Of a stretch of 64,000 nucleotides of DNA, positions 8,315 through 18,200 are shown piece after piece. Both the position numbers and the translations under genes were made by a program. This DNA comes from Phycisphaeraceae bacterium (GTDB taxonomy: Bacteria; Planctomycetota; Phycisphaerae; Phycisphaerales; Phycisphaeraceae). The stretch lies in contig JBMZAP010000001.1 of assembly GCA_049611445.1 (NCBI GenBank), positions 15,308 through 79,307 of the forward strand, read 5' to 3'. The notes under the pieces are model-generated. The model did no database searches. It worked only from the letters and a program-made list of their open reading frames with translations, and had not been told where the DNA came from. Each line of letters begins with the position of its first letter. Within the stretch, counting starts at the first letter, position 1.

Positions 8315-9784
8315 CTAATAGCTGTAAAGCTTCTTACCTAAGTCGTCGTAGTAATTGAATCGGATATCGACGTTGTCTTTGCCGGGCTCGACCTCAACCG
8401 TAATGAATCCACCGGTCGGCTCAGGCGAAGTAAAGAGTTGTGTCACCAATGCATCGGGGTCGGTACTCTTCGGGTCGCCGGGCTTTCGGCCCATCCGGCT
8501 GTTCTCGTCGTTGAGCGCACCACAGGAAAACTCGTTGGCTCCGCAGGGGTCGACCGAGTGGTACTGCCAGTGACGGTCGCCGCACATCAGGAACGTGTTG
8601 GCCCATATGCCGTGCTCTTTGCCCCAGGCTTTGAAAGCGTCGCCCTCATTGCGGAAGCCCTTGTGGTTGGTGTGGTTGTCTCGCTTGTAGCCGTCGTCCG
8701 GGCCAACCATCGGCGTCGGGCTGATGAGAATGCGGTACGTCGCGTCTGATGCGAGTATCGATTTCTTGAGCCAGACAAGCTGTTCATCACCCCACAGCGT
8801 TTTGTCGGGACCGTCGGCCTGCCTGTTCGGATCGCGGTAGTCCCGGCCTTCGACGAACCAGACCTGAAGGTCCTTGCTGACGCGGTGCGTGCGGTACGTC
8901 GGCGACTTGTCGTCATCCGGCCCAACGATCGGGACCTGCTCGCGGAAGGTCTTGATGCCAAGCTCGTGCGAGGGGAAACCGTCGCCTTCTGCATCCGAGT
9001 CGTTCGTGCGGTGGTCGTGGTCGTCCTTAAGCCAGTAGCCCGGCGCAGCCGCGTGCAGCGCACGCATACGCGGCATGTTGTTCTGCCGATGCCACTTTGC
9101 CCGCATGTCCGCCAGTGTCTTCACCTTTGGCTTCTTGTCGTAATAAACCACATCGCCCGCGTACACCACGAAGTCGGGTTCTAACTTTCGAACCGCTTTG
9201 GCTGCGGGGTACCCCTGCGCACGGTCGTCTTCCCAGTAGCCCTTGGTCTCGTTGCCAACGAACTTGTCGTAGTTCATACACGAGGTCAATGTGAAGCGGA
9301 TGGGGGCGGAGGTGTTCTTGCCGGGGTGGGTTTTGAACTCGCCCCGCGCGGTGTCCGCCCTCTGCCCGTCCAGGTTGCCCAGAGCCTCGGGTTGATGGAT
9401 CTCAGCGAAGCAGGTGTAACGCGTGCCCGGGTTCAGGCCCTTCAGCACCTTGCGGGCGATGTAGTCGTCCTTGGCGCGGACCTCGATCCAATCTGTCAGC
9501 TTGTAGGGCGTGTCGTCCTCATCGCTGGGGCGGTAGAAGAAGCGGACCCGACCGGTCGCGCCGGGCAGGTCGCCGTCACGCATCGCGTCACCGTCGTCGT
9601 ACGTGTTGCCATCAACCAGTTTCAACCCATCGGTAAGCCGGGCCTGCACGATCGCGGTTGTCGCCGTCACCTCGCCGATCATGATTCCCTGACCCAGTTG
9701 CGGCTCGAAGCGGTCATCTGCAAACACTGATGTACAGGCGCATAGGAAAACAAGGAGGAAGATCGGCAAGACGATTCGTTTCAA
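8315..9784 (-). CDS. PhoD-like metallophosphatase (alkaline phosphatase D family), secreted
   Basis: Signal peptide MKRIVLPIFLLVFLCACT. Motifs FVVYAGDVVYYD, WLKDDHDHRTND and MCGDRHWQYHS are typical of the PhoD-like calcineurin fold. Starts 4 nt after the ppk1 stop. Confidence 0.8.
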   Translation of the reverse strand: MKRIVLPIFLLVFLCACTSVFADDRFEPQLGQGIMIGEVTATTAIVQARLTDGLKLVDGNTYDDGDAMRDGDLPGATGRVRFFYRPSDEDDTPYKLTDWIEVRAKDDYIARKVLKGLNPGTRYTCFAEIHQPEALGNLDGQRADTARGEFKTHPGKNTSAPIRFTLTSCMNYDKFVGNETKGYWEDDRAQGYPAAKAVRKLEPDFVVYAGDVVYYDKKPKVKTLADMRAKWHRQNNMPRMRALHAAAPGYWLKDDHDHRTNDSDAEGDGFPSHELGIKTFREQVPIVGPDDDKSPTYRTHRVSKDLQVWFVEGRDYRDPNRQADGPDKTLWGDEQLVWLKKSILASDATYRILISPTPMVGPDDGYKRDNHTNHKGFRNEGDAFKAWGKEHGIWANTFLMCGDRHWQYHSVDPCGANEFSCGALNDENSRMGRKPGDPKSTDPDALVTQLFTSPEPTGGFITVEVEPGKDNVDIRFNYYDDLGKKLYSY

Positions 9785-9787
9785 GAT

Positions 9788-12034
9788 TCAGGCTCCGGCG
9801 TTGATCTGATCCAAGCGCGTCTGGTCCATCAGCGTGCGGTGCGTGCCGACGGCCGAGGCCGAGTTAATGTCACTCGGCGTACGCTGTGTGTACGTGCCAT
9901 CCGAGTGCAAATCCCATGACTGGCGCTGGTCGGCGAGCATGACATCGAGCATCTGCTTCAGTGCCGCCCGGTGGTTGGGCTCGTAAATCGGCGTAATGCA
10001 TTCAACACGGTTGTTGAGATTGCGGTACATCCAGTCGGCAGAGCCGATGTAGTACTCGCCCTCGCCGTTGTTATGGAAGTGGTAGACGCGGCTGTGCTCA
10101 AGGAACCGGCCGATGACGCTCGTCACCTTGATATTCTCGCTCAGCCCTTCGACGCCCGGCCGCAGGCAGCAGAACCCGCGCACGATCAGGTCGATCTTCA
10201 CGCCTGCAGAACTCGCCTCGTAAAGCTTGCGGCAGATCTGCTCATCTTCCAGCGAGTTCATCTTTGCGCAGATATACGGTCGGTTGGGATCGTCCGCCTC
10301 GGCGCCTCGATCACGCCACGCTTTGCAGTGATCGATCTCGCGCTGGATCATGTCCATGAATCGACTGCGCATGTTCGTCGGCGCGATCAGCAGATGCTCG
10401 TAGTCCGGCGCGATCGATCGACCGGTCAGAAAGTGGAAGACTTGCACCAGATCCGACGTGATCCGCGGGTCACAGGTAAACAGGCCCAGGTCGGTGTAGA
10501 GATCAGCGGTCTTCGCGTTGTAATTGCCTGTGCCGATGTGCGCGTAGGTGCGCAGGGCCTGGCTTTCCTGCCGGACGACGAGCGCGGTCTTGGTGTGCGT
10601 TTTTAAACCGACAACGCCGTAGACCACGTGGATGCCCGCTTTTTCAAGGCGCTGGGCAAGCTCAACATTGCGCTCCTCGTCGAAGCGGGCCTTCAGCTCA
10701 ACGAGCACGACGACCTGCTTGCCCGACTCGGCGGCGCGGATGAGGTCGGGGATAAACGGCGAGTTCTTGGCGGTGCGGTACAGCGTCAGCTTGATCGCGA
10801 TGACGTCCGGGTCGTTGCACGCCTCGCGGATGAACCGTTCGACCGAATGGCTGAACGACTCATAGGGGTGGTGCACCATCACGTCACCAGACCGGATGAC
10901 GCTGAAGATGCTTGCCTCATCATCGATGAGGCGTAGCGGCGTGACAGGCTTCCACCGCTCATACTTGAGCTCGGGTTTGTCGGCCATGCCATGCACGACC
11001 CACAAGTCGTTGTAATCCAGCTCGCCGGGCATCTCATAGACATCCTGCTCGGCCAGTTCCATTTCGCCGATGAGGAACTGGTTCAGCGGACGATAAGGCG
11101 TGTCGTCGACCTCAAGCCGAACGATGCTGGCGAATCGCCGCTGACGCAGCTCTTCGTTGACAACTTCCAGCAGGTCTTCGGCGTCCTCATCGGCTGAACC
11201 AACCGCGGCGTTGCGCGTCACGCGGAAAGGCTCGATCTCCTGGATCTCCATGCCGGAGAACAGGTGGTGCACATTGTGGTGGATCAGGTTGTGCAGCGGA
11301 ATGAAGCGGTATCGGTCTTCATTCTCGCCGGTCTCGGCCTGCAAGCGGATATAGCCGGGCAGGACCTCGGGTACCTTTACGCGAGCGAACTGTAGACCGA
11401 AGGTCCCCGACGCGTCGGTCTTTGCCGCTTGCGAATCACCAAGCGGCGTCTTCAGCATCACGCCAAGCGACGTCGAGAGGTTGGAGATGAAGGGGAACGG
11501 ATGCCCGGGGTCAACCGCCAACGGCGTCAGCACCGGAAAGAGCTGCTCCATGAAGTGCCGCTCGGCTTCGTTCTTTTCCGCATCGGTCAGGTCCTGCCAG
11601 TGCAGCAGCTCGACGCCCTGCTCTTTGAGCTGCGGGACGATCTGCTGTTCGTAGCACTGGGCCTGTTTCTCCAGCATCGGCAGGACCATCTCGCGGATGG
11701 TTTTGAGCTGATCGACGACAGACATTCCATCAGACGAACGCGTACCGGTACCCATCTCTGCCTGTCGCTTCAGTGAGCCGACGCGCTTCTGATAGTACTC
11801 GTCGAGGTTCGAGTTAAAGATCGCCAGAAAGGCGACGCGCTCCAACAGCGGCGTCCGCTCGTCCAGCGCTTCGTGGAGGACGCGCTCGTTGAAGCGGAGC
11901 CACGACACCTCGCGGTTAATAAACGCTTCATTGACAGGCAATGGCAAAGACCACTGCGCCTGTTCAGGTTCCGCTGCGGTTTTGCCGTAGTTGGTCGGGT
12001 TGGAATCAGTCTGGGTCATGGTCCGAGCAATCAA
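9788..12034 (-). CDS. ppk1: polyphosphate kinase 1
   Basis: 748 aa. FINREVSWLRFNERVLHEA at the N-terminus, the autophosphorylation region GLKTHTKTALVVRQE, GTGNYNAKTADLYTDLGLFT, and the C-terminal PLD-like domains VIGRFLEHSRVYHF. Confidence 0.95.
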   Translation of the reverse strand: MIARTMTQTDSNPTNYGKTAAEPEQAQWSLPLPVNEAFINREVSWLRFNERVLHEALDERTPLLERVAFLAIFNSNLDEYYQKRVGSLKRQAEMGTGTRSSDGMSVVDQLKTIREMVLPMLEKQAQCYEQQIVPQLKEQGVELLHWQDLTDAEKNEAERHFMEQLFPVLTPLAVDPGHPFPFISNLSTSLGVMLKTPLGDSQAAKTDASGTFGLQFARVKVPEVLPGYIRLQAETGENEDRYRFIPLHNLIHHNVHHLFSGMEIQEIEPFRVTRNAAVGSADEDAEDLLEVVNEELRQRRFASIVRLEVDDTPYRPLNQFLIGEMELAEQDVYEMPGELDYNDLWVVHGMADKPELKYERWKPVTPLRLIDDEASIFSVIRSGDVMVHHPYESFSHSVERFIREACNDPDVIAIKLTLYRTAKNSPFIPDLIRAAESGKQVVVLVELKARFDEERNVELAQRLEKAGIHVVYGVVGLKTHTKTALVVRQESQALRTYAHIGTGNYNAKTADLYTDLGLFTCDPRITSDLVQVFHFLTGRSIAPDYEHLLIAPTNMRSRFMDMIQREIDHCKAWRDRGAEADDPNRPYICAKMNSLEDEQICRKLYEASSAGVKIDLIVRGFCCLRPGVEGLSENIKVTSVIGRFLEHSRVYHFHNNGEGEYYIGSADWMYRNLNNRVECITPIYEPNHRAALKQMLDVMLADQRQSWDLHSDGTYTQRTPSDINSASAVGTHRTLMDQTRLDQINAGA

Positions 12035-12096
12035 GAATAGAAGACCGCCATCTTATCACGACGACGCCCGCAGTCATCCTCCTGCCGATTTGCTCA

Positions 12097-13299
12097 TCAT
12101 TCGCTTACAAGAAGCTCGGCCTCGGTTACAACGACGCGGTCCAGGACCGGGCCGTTCACCCCCGCGTCCAGTGCAAGACGCAGGGTGCCACCGGTAAGCG
12201 GAAGGTTCAGCCGCTTGGGCGGGCCGTCGGCTGTGAGCGTATGCCGAGCGACAACTCTCTGGCCGACATAAACCAGCAGTTCGCAGCCTGCCATCTTTCG
12301 GCGTGAGGCGGGGATCGCGTCGTCCAGATCCATTGCAACGGACAGCGCCAACCGAGTCGCACCCTTAGGCAACTCAAACCCAATCGTGACCGGCGCGTGC
12401 AGGGCGATCGCAGCATCGGCCTTCACGGTTGGTGGCATTGCGACACCAAACACCTCGCCGCCATCTTCCACATCGAATGTGACATCAGATAACGACATTA
12501 AGGATGCCTTTGTTGACAATGGCTCGATCGTCATGATGCGGCCCATTGGCAGGGCCACCCGCGATGCCGCAGCAGTCGAATCACCCTCTTCTTCGCCACG
12601 GCTGGACAGGATCGGGAGCTTCGATTGACCGATCAACGCATCCCCATCATCACCGCTCGAAAGCTGTGCGTTTTGAATCAACAGCAACGAGCCGTCTGCC
12701 ATTGTTACCCGAAGCGTGCCGGGCTCCACCTCTGCTGGCTTGGGCTTATTGGCGATGCTCAATGCCTTGACACGTTGCAACGGAATATCGATCGCGTCAT
12801 CAGCATCACCAACGACAAAGCCGATCGCGTCTTCAGTCAGCGTCTCGACAAAGCCCAGCAGCACCTCGCCGGTCGCCAGTAAAAGCGCATCGTCTTCCGT
12901 TGCTGCCGGTGCGACAGCTTCAGCCTGTACTGCCAGCGACAATACTTCGTCCAGCGGAACCTGGATCTGTCGATCATTGTCAATCTTCAGACGTACTGCT
13001 TCTTCATCGTTGGATGACACGAGCCTGCCCACAACGATTTGCCCATCGCGCAGCGTCAGCACCGACCGCTGTGCATCCGGTGTCGGCAATTCGGCACGGG
13101 TCAGTGTCAGCCGCAGCACATCTTCGGGTTTGAGTGATTGTTCCGCGCCTTTCGCATTGATCACCTTGATCAAGGTGGGCGAAATGGCTTGCAATTCAAC
13201 CGAGGTCGGCTCGAGGTTCGGGCCGAGGAGGATCGCGCTATTGGCCAGCGCTGTGGTGCTGAGCAGCAGGCTGCTCATAAGGGTGGTCAGAGACTTCAT
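12097..13299 (-). CDS. secreted hypothetical protein with an NPCBM-like C-terminal beta-sandwich
   Basis: Trimmed to ATG 13299 (MKSLTTLMSSLLLSTTALA signal), which lies 11 nt after the upstream stop. The C-terminus (GATRLALSVAMDLD...CELLVYVGQRVV...TLRLALDAGVNGPVLDRVVVTEAELL) resembles NPCBM/NEW2-type modules. The assignment is tentative. Confidence 0.55.
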   Translation of the reverse strand: MKSLTTLMSSLLLSTTALANSAILLGPNLEPTSVELQAISPTLIKVINAKGAEQSLKPEDVLRLTLTRAELPTPDAQRSVLTLRDGQIVVGRLVSSNDEEAVRLKIDNDRQIQVPLDEVLSLAVQAEAVAPAATEDDALLLATGEVLLGFVETLTEDAIGFVVGDADDAIDIPLQRVKALSIANKPKPAEVEPGTLRVTMADGSLLLIQNAQLSSGDDGDALIGQSKLPILSSRGEEEGDSTAAASRVALPMGRIMTIEPLSTKASLMSLSDVTFDVEDGGEVFGVAMPPTVKADAAIALHAPVTIGFELPKGATRLALSVAMDLDDAIPASRRKMAGCELLVYVGQRVVARHTLTADGPPKRLNLPLTGGTLRLALDAGVNGPVLDRVVVTEAELLVSE

Positions 13300-13309
13300 G
13301 GAGTGGATC

Positions 13310-14338
13310 TTATCGCTGGAAAATCGGGAGCAGGCGATAGGGCATCTGCAGGATGATGAGGGACATACCGGTCGCGTAGTCGCCGCCGTGGGCAGAGTCC
13401 CATGAGCCATCTGTACTCTGGTCGTCGATCATGCGGTCGCGGATCCGCGGGTAGTAGTCGGCCCAATGCTCGCCGCCTGCAATAAACATGGCCTGGCTGC
13501 AATAGTAGTGGCCATAGATTTCATGCCCGCCGCGATCTTCGCCGGACTTGATGCGTTCTTTCAGATACTTCAGACCGTCATTGATTGCGTCATCCCTGTA
13601 GACGCCTGCGTAGTAGAGCGAAGCGACGCCCGCCGCACTGCGTGGAAAGGCACTGCTGCCACCCCCAACCATGTAGCGGAAGCCGCCGTCATAACTGTTC
13701 TGACAATCCTTGACGTACTGGATCGCATTATCGATCGTTTCTTTGGGCACGTCGATCCCACCCTGCCTTGCCGAGCGCAACGCCTTGACCTGACAGATTG
13801 TGACCGACAGGTCGGCTTCATAAGGCACGGGGTGATAGCGCCAGCCGCCCTCGCGGTTCTGTGACTTGACGATCAGGCGGACTGCCTTGACCAGCGCATC
13901 GCGGACATCATCATCATCGGTCATGCCATAGACCTCGCCAAGAAACAGCGTGGCAAAGCCGTGGCCGTACATCGGGCCGTGCGAGACATTTTCCGAAGCG
14001 ATCAATCCAGACTCTTGCGCGTTGGCGAGGATGTAGTCCAGGCCCTTCTGCACGACGTGACCGTATTCGCCGCGGCCCGGCAGTTCCCCATTGGCCAGGA
14101 AAGCCAGGCAACAGATCGCGGTCACCCCGACGTGCGACCCGCCATACCGGTCGGCGTCGAAGCTGCCGTCCTTGTTCTGTTGTTTCGCGAGATAGGCCAA
14201 GCCCTTCTTCACCGACTCATTGAGTTCGTCGGTGATCTCCTGGAAGTCGGCCGTTTTGCCCGCAGGGTTATCCTGCGCAGCAGCGGGCAAAGCCACTACA
14301 AACAGCAACAAGATGGCCAGCGCGCTGCGCAGACTCAT
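13310..14338 (-). CDS. prenyltransferase/squalene-cyclase-repeat (alpha/alpha toroid) secreted protein
   Basis: Signal MSLRSALAILLLFVVALPAAA. Repeated QNKDGSF, QNREGGWRY, SYDGGFRY and STDGSW motifs are typical of terpenoid-cyclase/prenyltransferase repeats. The ATG overlaps the upstream stop (ATGA at 14335-14338). Confidence 0.75.
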   Translation of the reverse strand: MSLRSALAILLLFVVALPAAAQDNPAGKTADFQEITDELNESVKKGLAYLAKQQNKDGSFDADRYGGSHVGVTAICCLAFLANGELPGRGEYGHVVQKGLDYILANAQESGLIASENVSHGPMYGHGFATLFLGEVYGMTDDDDVRDALVKAVRLIVKSQNREGGWRYHPVPYEADLSVTICQVKALRSARQGGIDVPKETIDNAIQYVKDCQNSYDGGFRYMVGGGSSAFPRSAAGVASLYYAGVYRDDAINDGLKYLKERIKSGEDRGGHEIYGHYYCSQAMFIAGGEHWADYYPRIRDRMIDDQSTDGSWDSAHGGDYATGMSLIILQMPYRLLPIFQR

Positions 14339-15234
14339 TCGTTTTCCTCCGCCTGCTGCTGACTGATCTCGGCGATTCGGCGGTAGAACGCTTCTGTCGC
14401 TGCACGGTACACCGGGTTGAATGTTTCGCTCAAGCTCTCAGCCAACTCATCACGCAAACGGGGTGGCAGGTTGCCCCACTCGCCCTCGCGCAGGTCTTTC
14501 ATCGATAGCTCTTCGTTTCGCACAGAGCCTCGGCTACCGTTCTGTCCACTCTGTTGACCGGGTTTATCACCTTGTTGCTGGCCTTCGCCTTCGCCGGGTT
14601 GTTCGCCCTGTTGCTGGCCGGGCTTGTCACCGGGTTTGTTGCCAGGCTTATCACCGGGCTTCTCGCCTTGCTGTTCGCCAGGTTTCTCGCCAGGCTTTTC
14701 ACCCTGTTGCTCGCCGGGCTGCTGACCCTGCTGCTTGTCGGCCTGGCGGGCCTGGTCCTGCGGCTTGCCTTGGCCGGGCTTGGGTTTCTGCTGGCTCTTG
14801 GTCTTCTCAGCGCTGGCGATGATCTGCTCAAGCTTGAGGATGATCTGGTCCTGCATCCGTTGTGTATCGATGCCCGGATCCGACTCCTCGCCCAATCGGA
14901 TCGCGACCTCTTCCATCTCTTCAATCGCCTGTGCGAACTGGTCGGCCGCCTGCTTGCCGGTCAATGCCTTGTCCAGGTCGCGCGTCAGCTTAGGATCGGT
15001 TTCGTCCTTGTCATCAGGATCAGGCTCGTCGGGTTCTTCCTTGTCGCCCGGCTCGTCATCATCCAGACCCAGCAGATCGTCGATCGACGGTTCCTCTGTG
15101 CTCTCAGGCTTGTTCTCGATCGCAGGCTCGGCACCGGGCTCTTCCTGAGTGTGTGCCACAGCAGGCAATACGAACACGCTGGTCAGGGCAAGACCAAGGG
15201 CGGCGAAAAGCAAAGATTTCATACTGATCTTCAT
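14335..15234 (-). CDS. secreted acidic protein with a G-x-K/Q-P-G pentapeptide repeat tract
   Basis: Trimmed to ATG 15234 (MKISMKSLLFAALGLALTSVFVLPAVA). Acidic D/E/P-rich region, then the repeat tract, then a conserved-looking tail GEWGNLPPRLRDELAESLSETFNPVYRAATEAFYRRIAE. Confidence 0.65.
   Translation of the reverse strand: MKISMKSLLFAALGLALTSVFVLPAVAHTQEEPGAEPAIENKPESTEEPSIDDLLGLDDDEPGDKEEPDEPDPDDKDETDPKLTRDLDKALTGKQAADQFAQAIEEMEEVAIRLGEESDPGIDTQRMQDQIILKLEQIIASAEKTKSQQKPKPGQGKPQDQARQADKQQGQQPGEQQGEKPGEKPGEQQGEKPGDKPGNKPGDKPGQQQGEQPGEGEGQQQGDKPGQQSGQNGSRGSVRNEELSMKDLREGEWGNLPPRLRDELAESLSETFNPVYRAATEAFYRRIAEISQQQAEENE
14542..14790 (-). repeat. imperfect 15-nt tandem repeats encoding (E/D/N/Q)(K/Q)(P/Q)G-type pentapeptides
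   Basis: The protein reads QKPKPGQGKPQ...QQGQQPGEQQGEKPGEKPGEQQGEKPGDKPGNKPGDKPGQQQGEQPGEGEGQQQGDKPGQQSGQ. The DNA shows the recurring ggcttgtcacc/ggcttatcacc/ggtttctcgcc periodicity. Confidence 0.8.
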
Positions 15235-15287
15235 CGGCGATCTCCGATCCGCGTGCTTAACCACACGCAACATCATTCTAGGCCACG

Positions 15288-18200
15288 TTAATTCCGTGGT
15301 TCCTGTTCCCTCGGCTGCATCTGCTCTTTGAGCTTCTCAATCAACTGCTCGCCCAGACCCTTGAGCTCACGCTGCTGCTCGGCAAGATCGTTTAAACGCT
15401 GGTTACGATCGGCATCTTCCAACGCATCGCCGGCCTCAGCCAACGACTCCGTCTGATTGCGCAGGACAATCATGACCTCACGAAGCAGCTTGATCTGCGC
15501 CAGGTCCGGCACCAGCGGCGGCTCTTCACCGGGTCCGGGTGGTCCCTGTTCACCATCGGGCTGTTCGGGCTGCTCCTGCTCGTCTTTCTCAAACTTGTCC
15601 TGTTCGGCCGAGTCATCCAGCGCATCGCCCATCGCGCGGAGCATGATCACCACGGTGCGTTGGTCGTCCAGCACAAGGGTGTCGATGCGCCGGCCAGACA
15701 AGCGGTTCTCCGCACGATTGGCCGCCTGGTCGATACGACGGTGAAGCGACTGATAGACCATCGCCTCGCCGGCTTTGTCCTGCAGGTCTGTGGCGACAGT
15801 ACGGATCGCGGCTTGCTCTTCTTCAAAGCTCTTGTCTTCGAGCTGCTCTTCGTACAGGCGATTGATCTGCCGCCAGTCGCGCCGGCTGTAGTCCTCGTCC
15901 TGAACATGCTGCGTGCCGATCGCAACCAGCCGCTCCTGCCGGTCGGCCAGATCGTAGTAAGCCTGTCGCAGAGCGAAGCGTTCTTCCTGTTGCTGCTCTT
16001 CCTGTTGCTGCTGCTGCTCTTTGTTGATGGCCGCAAGCGCTGCTTCCAGCGCAGCCAAGGCGTCGGCCTCGTGGTTCAGCGTGCTCTGCTTGTCCGGCAC
16101 ACGGATGGCCTTAACCGCTTCGGCCTGAGCCTGCACGGCTTCACCCAACGGTTCGCCCGCGGCTTCGGTCTTGGCCGACTGCATCGCCTGGGCCTGTACG
16201 GCCATCGTTCGCTTGCGCAGCATGAACTGCGGTTGTTCGAGCACGCCCAGTGCATTCGGCTCAGCCGCCTCCGCGCGTGCCAACTGATCACGCTGCTCGT
16301 CCACCAGCTTCTGAATCTTCTGAGCCAGCTCCTGCAAAAGACGCTTGAGTTCTTCCTGGCGACGCTGCTTCTGCTTGCCAAGCTCCTGCATCATCTGCTC
16401 GAGCGTGTTCATCGCCTGCTGCTGCTGGTTCGCAGCGTCGGCGACCTGGTTCTGGTCCAGCTTCTCGGCAGCCTGTTCAGTATTTTCCTGAAGGCCTTCG
16501 CGCTCAGCGATGTCCGCGGCTTCAGACAAGGTCTCAGCCGTGGCCCGTTCTTCGGGGGTCTCGCCATTCTCGCCGATCTGCTCGGCCGCAGCACGCATCT
16601 TGTCGATCAACGCCTCGGCACGGTCAGCCAATTCACGCTGCTTGTCCGCGTTCTCTTCCAATTCCTTGCGCGTCGCTTCATCCAGGTTCTCAGCCTTTTG
16701 ACCGATCGTCTTGGGCAGCAGTTCTTTGGTCTTCTGTGCTGCGCGTTCGGCGTCACGCTGGATCTCTGCCAGCTCAGACTCGATCTCGCCGACCGACTCG
16801 CCGGTGTCGAGCGCTGCGACCAGTTCCGCAAGCTGCTCGCGTGCCTCATCCTGAGCTTCTCGCGCCTCGGCTTGGGCCTTCTCTTGATTGGCCTTGGCCT
16901 GCTGGGCATCCTGCTTGGCTTGTGCCTCGGCGGCCTTGTCATTCTGGGCCGCGGCATCCTGCTGTTGTTGCTGAGCCTGCTCGCCCTGCTGCTGCTGGCT
17001 CGCCGCTTCGTTCAGCGACTGCTGGGCCTGCTCACTGGCCTGTTCTGCCTGCTCAAGTGTTGCATCCGCGCGGTCCAGTAAATCCTCGAGCGCTTCGAGG
17101 TTGTGCGGCCGATTGCGCTCCAAGCGATCGCGCAGCGCCTGCACCGTGTCCTGCTGTGCCGCGATACGACGGCTGATATCGCCTTGCTGCTCGGATGTTT
17201 CGGCTGGCGGGCTGCTCTCGGTTCGCTCCGACACAAGCCGTTGATTGCGTTCCAGCGACTGCCCTGTATTCCGTACACCACGCAAAACACGCCGAACCTG
17301 GTCGGCCAGTTCCTGCTCGGTGATTACACGGAGTCGACGTGTGTCGGACGCGACTGGCTCATGGCGGTAACCATCCAGTTCATAGATGTCCTGACCCATT
17401 GCGGTGATCAGCACCTCGTCACCCGGCAGCAGATTCAGATCTCCCAATGCCAGTGTGTAGTCGAGTTCAAGTGTTTCGACTCGGCCTGTCTTGATCAACC
17501 TGCCGTCTTCGAGTGAGCGCGTCGCTACCTGCTCGGCATTCTCGGGGGTGTTCTCGCGGTCCGGCACAACGATATCCAGCTTCAATGACTGCATCGCGAT
17601 GTCGTCCTGCGCCATGGCACTGAGTTCGACGGTTGCATTGGGCAACACTGACTCGTCCGTCGCGGGCTTAAGCAGCACAGAGGCAGGCAGTTCGTCGGCA
17701 ATCAATTGGACTTGATAAGTCTTTCCGCTCTCGGCCGACTTCAATCCGAAGCCATCTGTCAGCGGCAATTGCACCTGCAGCGTCGAAGCCAGTACACCAC
17801 TGACGGTAAAACCATCGACGGTATCAGTCGTTGTCTGATCCAATTCAACCACAGGCTCTGATCGCCAACGCATCGCCGCCTTTCCAGCAGCAGGATCTGT
17901 CACGACTGGTTGCTTGGACACGAGATCTGCGGCAGTCGTTGCCAACTCGACGGGCAAAGGCTTGTTGAATTTGACCTCGAAAGTGATCGAAGAACCATCA
18001 AGTACTGAGGCTGAAACAATCCTGTCAGTCTGCTCATGTAGCGCGATTCGCTGCTCGGTAAGTAGGCCTAAGGCATATTCCGGCGGGTTGCTGGACACAA
18101 CAACCGACGAGATCTCGGGCCGAGCGGCAAGCGTCAGTTCTTGCGTGGGCGTTGTATCGTCACCAGCAATGTAGCGCACTTCCAGGGTTGCGCTGGAGCG

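Noticed and set aside
15660-17081. 473-aa plus-strand ORF, leucine-rich, antisense to the coiled-coil gene.
   Set aside because: It is the mirror image of the Q/E/A codon repeats (CAG/GAG/GCC read as CTG/CTC/GGC). It has no start context and no domain features.
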